NCBI GenBank assembly: GCA_001662655.1
Contig: KV460230.1
Reading direction: 5' to 3' (one strand)
Source: Pseudogymnoascus verrucosus
Lineage: Eukaryota
Length of the DNA: 64,000 bases
Shown: piece after piece, positions 1-12,093 of the stretch
Position numbering within the stretch: position 1 is the stretch's first letter
Layout of the letters: each line of letters opens with the position of its first letter
Program-made: the position numbers and the translations under genes
Notes under the pieces: generated by a model
Told to the model about the DNA's origin: nothing
What the model saw: only the letters and a program-made list of their open reading frames with translations
Database searches by the model: none

Positions 1-352
1 CTACGGCAAATATTATCCAGCGAAGGGATGATGAGAATTCTTTCATTAAATTCTATTTTTAATCCCACTATTGATTCATGTGGCGATATGTTGATTTCTT
101 GATTCTTATATACGAAGTATCACGTGACTTCAATTTCCGAAGTTTCCGGCAGCTGTTTGACAGACTAAAAATATAATTTTGATAAACTTTCACAGGATTT
201 TCAGTTAGTCAAAAGACTAGTGTTTCCAATATTCTTATTCGGCTCTAAAATAACACATATATTTCGTCCCAGATTTCCCTATTTATCCAAGTTTTCTCCC
301 TTCTCTTCATTAAAACGCCATTGTCCCTTCTCTCGTCCTCCCTCTCCCTCCC

Positions 353-1283
353 TCAATCCATCTTAAACCCCACAATCTTCTGCGCCACCTTCAGCGGCGG
401 CGCCAGCAACAACGCACAGAGCACACAGATCACCACAGTGAACCACTGAAAGATCTGCAACAGCCAGTGCGCACCAGGCAAGAAGAACTTGACAAAGTCC
501 TCTGGCTCGTAGTAGTCCTCCTGCGCGCTGATGTAGAAGCGGTCATCCTCCTCCTTGACGAGGCGTAGGACGGTGATCAGAGGGACTTTGGCGGAGTAGA
601 ATGGGATGATGAAGAGGGAGAAAGTTTGCGACATTGAGATGTAGAGGCGTTGAGTTTTTGGGTCGAGAACTGTAGTTTGTTAGCATCTATCTCCCCCCCT
701 CTCCCCCCCCCCTTTACCTCAAACCAACCACCCCTTTCCTCCAGAAACCCTTCCCCCCCTCTTCCAGAACCCCGCAATCCCACCACAGTCCCCAGGGCTA
801 TATAAAAGATATGAAAGGTGCACATACCAACACTCTCAACATCCACCTCAATCCTCGGACTCAACACCTTATACCACCGATAAATACACCCCATAACCCA
901 TCTCGAGTTCACCGCCCCCAACAACGGCACATTCACATCCCCAAAGCTCGGGACGCGGCAGATGGTGTGTCGGAACGAGGCGTCGTGCGTGAAGTTCGCG
1001 TCAAGGGCTGCGAGCTGCTGCGAGGGCGTGCCGGAGCAGAGGGTGCGGATTAGCTGGGGGGTTTCTTTGACTGTTGGGGGGGTCGTTAGCTGGATGATAC
1101 TTGTAGGCGAGGGCAAATTGAAGGGGAGCAATAGGGAATGGAAAATGTAGATTGGGAACAAGGTAATGGGTTCTGCAGGTCCAAAGCTGGAGCTTGCTGA
1201 GCTCTATGACACTGGTGGTGGGTGGTGTAGGTATATGCAGCTATATGGTGTGAGAAGTTGTCATGCTTACCTGGATGTTCCAT
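353..1283 (-). CDS. Conserved fungal hypothetical protein, SigF-like NTF2-like fold; 3 exons (1283-1271, 1070-828, 669-353)
   Basis: GT-AG introns with CTAAC branch sites join MEHP|VKETPQLIRTLC...YRWYKVLSPRIEVDVESV|VLDPKTQRLYISMSQTFSLF...YISAQEDYY into one frame; hydrophobic C-terminal segment. Confidence 0.7.
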
Positions 1284-1887
1284 CTCGACTCAATAGCTCC
1301 AAGCTCAGTACTTTCCACTAAAAACAAATAGCTAACTTATCAATCGACGACAGCGACAGTATAACACTTCAAAACAAAGGAATTTCCTGTTCCTGGGGGC
1401 GTCTATATTTCTAGGGTTTCTATTTCCGTTTTTACCAATCCATAGGGGTCCATCCATCCCAACTGGTTTTCTCAGGACGTTATGACATCACTCCTCACAT
1501 GTGATTGTCCAATCGATGGCATCACGTTTTCCCACCCCCCTCTCCACCCCTTAAGGCCCAGACCAACCTGGTGTATCAAACTACAGACGGGATATATTCA
1601 ATCAATCAAGCCTTAATTCAATCTTTCAAATCTTTCATTATCAGGTATCGCTATCGCGTGAGGAGAGTATGTATGACAAGTATATCTGCGCCTGCAAGTG
1701 TAAGTATACCAGCCACCACCACCGCCCACCCGGTCCTATCCAATACCCACCCACCACCTTTCTAATCATCCATCCCCCTTCCCAAAATCCATCTCTTCCT
1801 ATCGAAAACAATAAAAACGCGTGGGTATACATCAGGTCATCTCATCTATGCATGCTATTTACCATCCCCCCCGTCCCCTCCCCCATC

Positions 1888-4800
1888 CTACTTCTGCCCC
1901 GAGAAGAACCATGACGTGCGTTTATTCCCCCCTCCCTCATTCTGCAACCCCTGCACGGCCGGGATGGTCGTCTCCCCTCCCCCCCCCCTCAACGGCTTCG
2001 CAACCCTCCCCCCCGCGCCCGAGAAGCTAAACCCGCCCTGCGCCGCCGCCGCGCCCCCCAAGCCGCGTGTACTCCCTACCTTCGCCGCTTCGAGCCGCTC
2101 CTTGACGGCCGTGAGCTGTGCTTCGAATCTACGCGGGTCAATTAGCCGGGACGTCCGTCGCCGCTGCACAAAGAGGAGTGTATACCGGTGATTCGCCGCC
2201 GTCAGCTTCTCCTGCGAGTCCTGCAGCAGGCTCTCCAGGCTCTGGATGCGCTCATTGCGCGCGATCAGCTTGCGCTCCGCGATCGCGACCTCCTTCTTCA
2301 GGCTGCTGTTCTGCTCGACGAGTTGGCGCTGAACGTGCGTGAGCTGCTCGAGGTTGCGCTCCAGGAAGGCCATCTTCTTCTGCTGCGCGCGGTTGTTGGA
2401 GGAGCGGAGCACGTTGTTGTATTGTTCGCGGGTCTCGTCGAGGGAGATCTCGAGCTCGACGACGCGCTCGCATCGGTTCTGGAGGTCGCGCATGAGGCTC
2501 TTCTTCATGACGTCGAACTCGGCGATCTGCTGCTGTACGCTCTTGCCGTTCGGCGTCCCGGGGGCCTGTGTGCCGTTCGCTGCGGCGCCAGATTTGAGTT
2601 TCTGTTGCAAGTCTTCAGCCAATGCCTTTAGCCTCGTGTTCTCCGCCGTCTTGTCGGCGATGTCCTGCTTGATGCCGTCTACCATATCCTGCTGTATGTC
2701 CTTCTTGTCGGCGTAAGCCTTCTCGAGTCTACCCTTGATTTCCTCCGAATCGGCTTCGGTCAAGTTACGTTCTAGCAATTCTTCATAGTCTCTCTCCATA
2801 GCCTCGAGGCGGGCCTCCAACTCTTCGCGTCTCCTTGACCCGGTCTCGTTAGTGGGCGCAGCGTACATTGAAAGTTCTGCTTGGCGCACGATGCCCTGTG
2901 TCTCAACAAGTCTAGTTTTGATTTCTGCAAGAGCATCAGGTGGAATGGCCTCACCGAGCGAGCTCTGCTCGTGAAGAGCATCGATTTGCTCGATTGCTTT
3001 CTGGATCGTCCTCTCGTTCTCGCTGAAGACTTCGCCGCCGAGGTCGAAGCCAGCCATCATCGTGGCCATCTTCTCGGCCTTCTTCTTCTCCTTCTCGTCG
3101 ATAACGGCGCTTGTCTCGCGGGCACTGATCTTGACGTCTAATAATTGCTGTTTAACCTCGTCTAGTTCCGTCGTGAGCTCTAGATTGGCTTCCTTGAAGC
3201 TGTCCATGGTGATTTGAGCCTCTTTATTCTCGAAATTTAATCGTTCTAACTGCATCCTGAAGTCATTCACCTCACCAGTCAGTTTCTCATTATCTCTACC
3301 AGTCTTTCCAGAGTGCTCCTTGATGTACGAGAGCTCCTCCTTGGCGTCTTTGAGGCTCTTCTCGGCAGCCGCGATCTGCGACTCCTTCTCGGCAAGCTGG
3401 TCTTGCAGCTCGTTCTCTCGCCGTAAGAATTCATCCCTTTCATCTTTCTCGATGGGGATGGAGGGGGTACTAGAACGGTCCGTGGCGGGTGTATCTGCTC
3501 GACTATCCGAACGACTTTCCGGCTGCAGCCGCGACGGTGTCGACGGCCGAGGTGGACCACGAGCATCTACCTTTGCCCCTTGAACGGCACCAGCAGAGAT
3601 AGCCGGCGCCCATTTCTCCTTGGGTACGCTTTCTCCACTGCGCCATTGCTGGACTTCGCCCTCCAAATTCTGGACGTAGCTCTCGAACGTCGTGACTTGA
3701 GCCTGAGCTTTCTTGAGCAGCATCTTGAGTTCGCCAGGGCTGAGCTCCGCATTGATCTTCGCCTTGTTCTTGATAGCTTTTGCTCGCATTCCGAATCGCA
3801 TCGTGCTAAGAGTCTCGGCGTCATTGTAACTGCTGGGTGAGGCATTGATGATGAGGGTCGTCCTACTATTACCTCCCAATGATTCCTGAAGAATTCTCGT
3901 GAGCTTCGAGTCACGGTACGGAATATGTGACGATTTGCCGTCCGTCAACGAGTTGATAACCATGCCAAGGGCACTCAAACTCTTGTTAATCTTCTTGGCT
4001 TCCTCTAGCGTCTGACCGCTGGCACCTGTCTTGCCGACCTTTTCACTACCGGCCAAATCGACCAAGAAGAGCTGACCGCTCTTCGCAGAGCCCGTCTCGA
4101 CGTTCTTCTGCGTAATCGTAATGACAAATATGGAATGCGATCGTGAGGATTCCTGGTTCATGTTTGTCGCCGCGACTGCTCGGGAATTCCCACCTTTTCT
4201 CATGACTTCGTAGACCTCTTGTACACTGGAGACGTAGATCTCCAACAACCCCTTGACGTAAACTCCCCTATTCTTCTCTTCGTGGATGGGCAGATTATCA
4301 TTCTGCGGGACCAACAAATCTCGGATCCTCTCCATGTAAATCTCCATGTAGCTCACCCGTACTGTATATTCGATATTGCTCGGGCTGGCCACGATACTCG
4401 CGAAGATCTGTTCGACAATACGCGGAATGACACCTCGCCCCTGTTCATCCTCCATGTCCGTTCCCATCATCGTATACGACTTCCCCGCACCCGTCTGGCC
4501 ATAAGCAAAAACCGTCCCATTGTACCCGTTAAGAATATCGTCCACCGTAGGCCTGATCGAGAAGTCGAAGATATCGGACTGCTTCGAAGCCATATCAAAG
4601 ACCCGATCGAAAGTGAACGAGCCCGAAGCTTCTAGCGACTAAAAATCCGCCATATCAACACCGCCTCTACCCAAAACACCGAACACACAATTTGGAGGAA
4701 CGAAGCAACTTACATCCAGCTTACACGTATCATCCGAGTCGAACGTGACGATCGGCTCGCCCCCCGACTCAATCTCCCTCCTGTTCTGCGGCCGAAACCG

Positions 4801-4905
4801 CAGAACGACCTTGATACTATTCGTTGACCTGTTTCAAAACACCTGTCAGCACACCGCCGCCGCCCGCGCGCGCGACATCCCCAGAGAATTTATCACTCAC
4901 GCCAT
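1888..4905 (-). CDS. kinA: Kinesin-1 (conventional kinesin heavy chain); exons 4905-4901, 4828-4714, 4638-2186, 2128-1888
   Basis: Spliced N-terminus MASTNSIKVVLRFRPQN; P-loop GQTGAGKS, switch motifs NQESSRSH and DLAGSE; coiled-coil stalk; tail RVAKPLRGGG. Confidence 0.96.
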
Positions 4906-6049
4906 GACTGCTAGATGCTACGCAAACGGCTCATATGTACAAGGTCGCCCTGGGAGCCACGTTGCGCGGTTGGCGTTGCCGGTGGTCGATGACGATAAGG
5001 AGGTGGATGTATGTTGACTTGCAGGGCGGGCGGGCGTCGCGACAAAGTTGCTCCTGTTCCTCGCGTCTATTATTGCCCCATGGACCCTGCGGGCGGAGCT
5101 ATCAGGGAAGCGAGAGTGGCCTTCATGCAGCCATGCAGACTAGACTTCCATAGGGGATTCTGGAATCGGGAGTTGTGCTTCGGGGAGGAATTGGGGCAGT
5201 GTAACTTTAATGTGCGTATATGCAGTGGCAATGTTTCGATTGTTTTTTTTAATGCGAGACGTGGTGTTTGTTTGGGGTATAGGGATGGTGGTCGTGGCAC
5301 CGAATGTCGCTTTCGTGTCACGGTGGCCCAATGGGGCAGGTGTCTTGGCATTTATATTATGGTTGTTGGCATGCGGAAGGAAGGAATGTAAATCTGTCTT
5401 AAAACAAGATCAGGGCAAAAACATCTGGAAGAATCTTGAAATGCTGGCGCTTCTTTGATTTGTCTTAAGATTGTATAAATTACCTTGTTGGCCCACGCGA
5501 GGTTCTAAGCAGGTTGAAGTCACATACGGGTCTTTGGTCTGAGACGATCGCTAATGGCTGATATTGCACATAATACACGCGAATGGTAAGGTACAGACGG
5601 TCTATATGATGGACCATTTTCAGATGTTGGCCATTTATACTGATATTGAATAGTTTATCCTTCACCCCTAGTGTAAGGCACGAGATCTTTAGTCTATGGC
5701 TATAAACCCCTCTACCGAAAGTTCCAGGCTGATTCTGTCAGTTTATATATTCACTAGATCAAGTCCAAATCACATTCGAACGAATTCAACGCGCCCAGAG
5801 ACACCTGAAGAAAAGGGACACTGCAATATCATCAAATGTGCATTATCGCCACGAAACCCCCAAAACTAAAAACGTTCAGACCATGTTATTGTGAAAATAA
5901 CTCTAGAAAAGGAAACAACAACCGCTCGCAAAGGTATGTCTTTATTCCCAAACGTGCGCCATAACCGGAGAATCATGTCTCGAAATGCAGCTTTCCGTTG
6001 TATACGCCACCGCCGAATGCCATTCATACACCCCCGTTCCCCGGTTTCG

Positions 6050-6706
6050 TCAATCCTCCCAGCTCTTCTCCACCGTCTCCCGCACGCGCTTGGTGTACTC
6101 CCTCCTGTTGTCTTTGTAGAGGTTCGACGCCTCGACGTTTGCGGGCGAGCCGGTATTCGGGTCGTTGAGTAGACTGGGGGTTTGTGTAAGCATGTTTTCC
6201 TCCTTCCTCCTTTATATAGCGTTCGGGGGTTACCCACCTTTGAATGCTGGTAAGCACAGCGGCAACATCGTATGTAGGACTCCACCTGTTCTGCAGGATG
6301 TCCAAGCACAGCTCCCCCGTCGCATACACGTTCGGATGGAACATCTGGCTAATGAACTTGACCAGCGGGGGTTTGTTGGGGTATTGCTCCTCGAACTGCA
6401 TGACGAGTCTGAAGGTGCCGTCCTCGAACGGCGTGTCGGCCGGGCCTATAATGACGGCGTTCCTATGTCCAGTATCAGCGTCCCGTCCGTTCCCATGTAT
6501 TCCACCAGATCCTTCTCGAGGGGAGACATACCATTGCATAACATTGTCGGCGACGGGCGACGCAGATACACCAGCTGGGGGGTCTGTTTGCATACGCTGG
6601 GGGCGGGGGAGGCGATGTTAGTCCGTGCTCACACGACGAACCTTATTGAGGGGGCCTGGCTTACCTTGAAGTCGCGCATTAAACGGCGGCGAGCAGCTGT
6701 AGACAT
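6050..6706 (-). CDS. RAD6: Ubiquitin-conjugating enzyme E2 Rad6/Ubc2; exons 6706-6665, 6596-6532, 6462-6238, 6173-6050
   Basis: [29 protein letters not shown]; active site [17 protein letters not shown]-terminus [15 protein letters not shown]...VEKSWED*. Confidence 0.97.
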
Positions 6707-7761
6707 TTCTGTGCTTCGATTACTATTATCGCTTGGATCAGGAAAATTGTGTGTTGTTGTTCAGAGAGAGAAAGGTAAGCGCTGGGGAGTTGAGGGTTCT
6801 GTTGTGGTTGTGGTTGTAGTGGGGTTGAATGGCAAACGTACGGACGGAGTGCTGGGGGTGGGTGTCGATGGATGAGTAAAGTGATTTGTATGGGGGAGGC
6901 GACACTGACAGAGGCTTCGTCAGGTGAGTAACCACAGTAGATGAAAAGAGGTTGGCGGGAGCGCCGCCATTCAAATACTTCTGACTTGTACCAAGAAAAC
7001 AAAAAAAAACGGGATGTATTACTCGACTTTTCAATTTGTATGTGACGGAAGAAAGAGACAAATGCATTTATCAAGATGATTATAATTATAATATTATTTT
7101 GCTATAGGGCAAAAACGGGGAAAAAACAAATAAAAAGTCATTTTACCTGTTACACACGTCGCACAACTTGGGGCTTGGGGGGAGGACATGTCAAGATGGC
7201 TAAGAGGATCATTATATTTCCTAGACCAAGACCACCCTGTCAATTCTGCTTAGTAAGCCAAATAAGCCAAATCACTTCGGGTGTTGATGTTCGTCGAGAG
7301 AGGGGGAGGTCGAGAGAGGGACTGGTCACGTGGTGATTAGTTTGATTAGGGATTTGGGGGAGAGAGGAGATGGGAGTTGGGGGAGAGTTGGGGAGACGAG
7401 CTTATTCCGCCCCGCCCCGCTCTCCTCTACTTTAGTGCATTGTACCTGTACTTGTATTACCACTGATTTTACCGCGTACGGCACATATTATTCGTACCAA
7501 TACTTCCAGACCCGATTACCGAGGGACGTTAGCCCGACGTAATCCGGGCTCGACATGTGTAGCGTGAGGTGCCGCCACCAGTATATGAAAGAGGAATTGG
7601 AGAAGTTGCTGATCCGATTCAAACTCCTCACTCCTGCCAGCCGGGACAATTGAAACCTCTACCCCTCTTTCTCCTCTTTCTCTTCTTACCCCTCATCCCT
7701 CATCCTTCATCCTTTAATATATATATTACCGGAGAAGATTACTTCTCATAGCTCTCTCGTC

Positions 7762-9143
7762 ATGTCACTACGCATGGCCATGTCTTCTCTATCGGCTTCA
7801 ACCCAGCGCGTTGCTCAGGTGTCGAGGCACTTCAGCACCAGCAGAGCCGCGAGGCAGGAGATCCAAGATGCATACATTATCAGTGCTTCGAGGACACCAA
7901 CAGCAAAGGTAAGCATTATATCCTCCCCTTCGTCAAGCTCTCATCGACTTTTATCACCTTTCCCATGGCTCTCACATGCTAACACCACCACCACCACTAG
8001 TTCAACGGTTCCTTCCTCACAGTTCCAGCCCCTAAACTCGGCGCCGTAGCGATCAAATCCGCGCTCGAGAAGTCCAAAGTCCCCATCTCCAAAATCACCG
8101 ATGTCTACATGGGCAACGTCCTCCAAGCCGGCGTGGGCCAAGCCCCCGCCCGTCAAGCCGCCATCTTCGCCGGCCTCCCCACCTCCGTCGAAGCCATCAC
8201 AATCAACAAAGTCTGCGCCTCGGGCATGAAAGCCGTCGTCTTCGCCGCCCAAAACATCCAGCTCGGTCTCGCCGAGGCCCAGATCGCCGGCGGCATGGAG
8301 AACATGTCTCGCGTGCCCTCCTACCTCCCGCGCGCTAGCTCCCAACCCGCCTTCGGAAACCAGAACATCAAAGACGGCCTGATCGAAGACGGTCTCTGGG
8401 ACGTATACAACCAATTCCACATGGGTGTCTGCGCGGAGACCACAGCAAAGAAATACAACATCACCCGCGAACAACAAGACGAATACGCCGTGCAATCCTA
8501 CAAACGCGCACAAGACGCCTGGAAAGCCTCCGCGTTCAAGGAGGAGATCGCCCCCGTCACCGTCACGGGCCGCAAGGGCGATACCATCATCGACACCGAT
8601 GAGGGCTACCTGGACATCAAGCCCGAGAAGATCGCCACCCTCAAGCCCGCCTTCATCCGCGACGGCACCGGCACCGTCACCGCCGCCAACGCCTCAACCT
8701 TCAACGACGGCGCCTCCGCCCTCGTCCTCGTCAACGCCGCGCTCGCGCGCGAATACGGCTCCGACTCTCGCGTCCTCGCGCGCATCTGCGGCACCGCGGA
8801 CGCGGCTGTGGACCCAGTCGACTTCCCTATCGCGCCGGCGAAGGCGGTGCCGATTGCGCTGGAGCGGGCGGGGATCACGAAGGATCAGGTTGCGGTGTGG
8901 GAGTTTAACGAGGCGTTCGCGGCGGTGATTAAGGCGAATGAGAAGATTCTTGGGTTGGAGGGGAAGAGGGTCAATGAGCTTGGTGGGGCGATTTCACTGG
9001 GTCATGCGTTGGGGAGCTCGGGGGCGAGGATTTTGGTCACGTTGTTGCATCAGTTGAAGGTGGGGGAGTATGGGGTGGCGGCTATTTGTAATGGGGGGGG
9101 GGCGGCGACGGCGGTTGTGGTGCAGAGGATTGAGAAGGTGTAG
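7762..9143 (+). CDS. Acetyl-CoA acetyltransferase (thiolase II, ERG10-like) with mitochondrial-type presequence; intron 7909-8000
   Basis: [24 protein letters not shown] and AICNGGGAA thiolase motifs; Arg/Ser-rich leader ending [16 protein letters not shown]...CTAAC...TAG intron. Confidence 0.93.
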
Positions 9144-10782
9144 GGGGGGTGTTGAAATATTAGTTATATAGCGGAATCAAAAGATATTGTTTTGTATAGA
9201 GGGTTTAAGGGGTGTTGCCTGTGTGGGAAAGTGTCAAGTGTTCAGTGTCGAGTGCATGTAGTGTCGAGAATATACAGACTTGAGTGTAAACAGTGTCGAG
9301 TGTGTATAGTAGTAGAGCCTCTACGGAAGGATGCTCTACAGTAAGATGAATACCTACCGAATCGGGAATCTATTATCAAGTCTCAAATTTCTCATGCGTC
9401 TATAAAATACCCTGATAATAATAATACTCTTTTATTCTTCTATTTCAAAGTCACCAGCACATTAACTACAGACCCAAGTAACTGAACGCCTTCATTTTTA
9501 TCACAGTTGCTGTAAACCCCATCTGCTGTGTATAATCCTTCATAGTCATTAGGGAGGCTTAAGCGTTCATATATAAAGATTTTCCTGTATTATTTATCAC
9601 TAACCATCTAGACAAGAGAACATACACAGCCCCATAATCCTCCTTCAACCTCACCATCAATAAACGCCATGCTTGCTCTCCAGCCCAACAACCCCCCCAA
9701 AACGCTACCAAACCACCACATACCAAACCCAGTAGTAGAGGCAGGAACCACCCCCCCCCCCCCCCCAAACCCCCAATATAACCAACATTACCTCCCCCCC
9801 CAAACATTATAGGGAGCGCGTAGCCTGTCTGGAACGGAGGTGCCATGAATGGCGCAGCTGCACGTGCCAGCCTTCTTCCGGAACCTGGCTTCACCCCCGG
9901 GGATTGATTCTCCCAAGTTTGCAGTGAGCTTTGAGCGGGAACCCGCTTGGCCAGGAATCAGCCTGTTTTTTTGCCAGTCAAGAGAAACCTATACTCCTGG
10001 TCAGGAAAAGATCAGCGTTGTGGAGGGGAGGGGGAGGCTTTTAAAATGGGGTGTTTTGAGTGTGTTTTTGGGGATTTTTGGGGATTTTTTTTGGGGCTTT
10101 TGGCGAGGGGAGCTGAGAGGGGTGACAGGTGGGGTGGACGAGTGTTTGTTGTCGTGGTGTTGAGGAGGGAAGGAAAGAGCGGATGGTGATAGTTGGGAAG
10201 GAGAAACGGCGGTGATGTGGTGTTGCGGTGCTGGTATAAGAAATGGGGAAGGGGCGGCCGGCGGCAGGCGTCCGGCCGAGCCGCCATGGAGGGGGGGTAG
10301 TTGCGTTGCTGTGGAGACTTATGAGCAAGGAAGGACAGAGTGGACGGATGGAGATGGTACGGAAGGAGACGTAGTAGTGCTGTGGTGCTGATATAAGAAA
10401 AAGGGGCGGCTGAGCCGCCATAGACGCGCGGCGGGTTGGCATGAGAGCGAAGGAAACCACAAGGACCACGAAAAAGATGCGAGGCGAAGAGAACTTGCAT
10501 TAGAGCAAACCGCCCAGTTTAACTGTACATGAATGATAAAGGAAAATTGTGGGTGCATTGGCCATGCCAGCATCGTACATCTTCCCATCCTCCCCATTAC
10601 CGAAGATACCCCCGGACCTCCCTCCATCCCCCATCGCATAACCGAAATCCCTCCGTCTCATGTCCGGCTTCTATTCCATAGCACGCACACACCGCGAGTT
10701 CTACTCAAGATCCAAATCCCGCAAATCCCCAAAACGCCATCTTCTATCAAGTAACCCCTCATCCCCATCACACCTCCGTTCC

Positions 10783-11184
10783 TTAGAACAAAATATCCAA
10801 ACAACAACAACAAGCCATCGCCGCACACAACGCCCCCAAGCACCCCCCAGCAGCACCACTCGAGTTCCCTCTCTCATCCTGCTGCGGATACTGCTGATAC
10901 CCCATCGGCGGACCCTGCTGGTACCCCATGGGTGGACCCTGCTGCTGGTATCCCATCTGTGGAGGAGGGCCGCTCTGGTAGTAGCCTTGAGCTGGGGCGC
11001 CGTATTGGGGTTGGGGGTTGTTGTATTGTTGTTGTGGGTTGGCGTATTGCGGTTGTGGGGAGGGTGAGCCGTAGTAGGCTTGGTTGCTGCCGCCGCCGCC
11101 GTCGGGGTTGAGGTGTGCGGGTTGGGGAGGGTAGGGTGAGCCGCCGTATGGGGGGGGAGCGCCGGACGGGGGCTTGTCTGCCAT
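10783..11184 (-). CDS. CYSTM-domain protein (Pro/Gln/Tyr-rich, Cys-rich C-terminal membrane anchor)
   Basis: PPPYGG and GYQQGPP repeats followed by GCLGALCAAMACCCCLDILF; AAAATGG start context. Confidence 0.88.
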   Translation of the reverse strand: MADKPPSGAPPPYGGSPYPPQPAHLNPDGGGGSNQAYYGSPSPQPQYANPQQQYNNPQPQYGAPAQGYYQSGPPPQMGYQQQGPPMGYQQGPPMGYQQYPQQDERGNSSGAAGGCLGALCAAMACCCCLDILF

Positions 11185-12093
11185 TTTGGAGAGGTGGTGT
11201 GTTGGTGTTTGGTGTTTGTTGTTGTGGTGGTAGCGGTGATGCCTAGAAAGGTCTGGCGACGTTGTTGGGGGTGTGAAGTGCGAGAGGACTCGAGGTGGTG
11301 GTGTTGAGGTAATTTGTGTTTTATTACGACGTCAGCCAGAAGTTGTCGTATTGATGTCTTGGCGGGGGTGTCAAGCGGGACTGGGCGGTTGATCGACAAG
11401 GACGCGTTCCTGCCACGATGTCGTTGAAATCTGATGTTCCTATGTTTTGAATACAGAGATGGAGAAGGGTTGAAGAAGAAGAAAAGGAGGGAGTCAAGGG
11501 GGAGGTATTTGAAGTTATGTGAATGTTTTGGATGCGGGCTTGGTAATGGTGGCTGTGTCTCGATGTGTCGCCTCTCTATTACGTGGATGCCACGGCGTAA
11601 TCTTCCCGACAAGTGCCGGAGCTGGCATCATCTGTGTCTAACAATAATTATGACCCCTATAAACAGTATAAAGGTAAAATAAAGAAATGATAATATCTAC
11701 AGCTTCCTTTCACCAGACCCCTTTTCTGGCTGCAACCATAAATATTTATATATTTCTCTTTATATTTACCCAGGTACATATACACAGGGGTGAATCCAAC
11801 AGTATGCAGCAATTCGTACCCCCCTGTCACACTTAAATCATCAGAGAGTGGGGCACAGCCTCGCTCAGCCTTATCGCCCGAATCCTCCAACAATGACGAC
11901 GTCAATGGATCAACATCCAGCCTGGCCAACTTTCTTGACCCTGGATATAAACCTCTTATAAAAAAATTATACAACAGCCAACCGCTTCTCTAAATAAAGT
12001 CGCGCGAATTACCCTACGCTCAGCATGGTTCAATAATACATCGACCAATTCGCTATCTACATCCGCAATCGCACACCGGAGAAACCCCACAAA

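Noticed and set aside
1..30. TATCCAGCGAAGGGAT resembles the 3' end of a TPP riboswitch
   Set aside because: No pairing strand for P5 or upstream core is visible, and it lies at the window edge
6463..6531. In-frame 69-nt RAD6 intron read through in the ORF track
   Set aside because: Canonical splice signals; retention would disrupt the conserved UBC core
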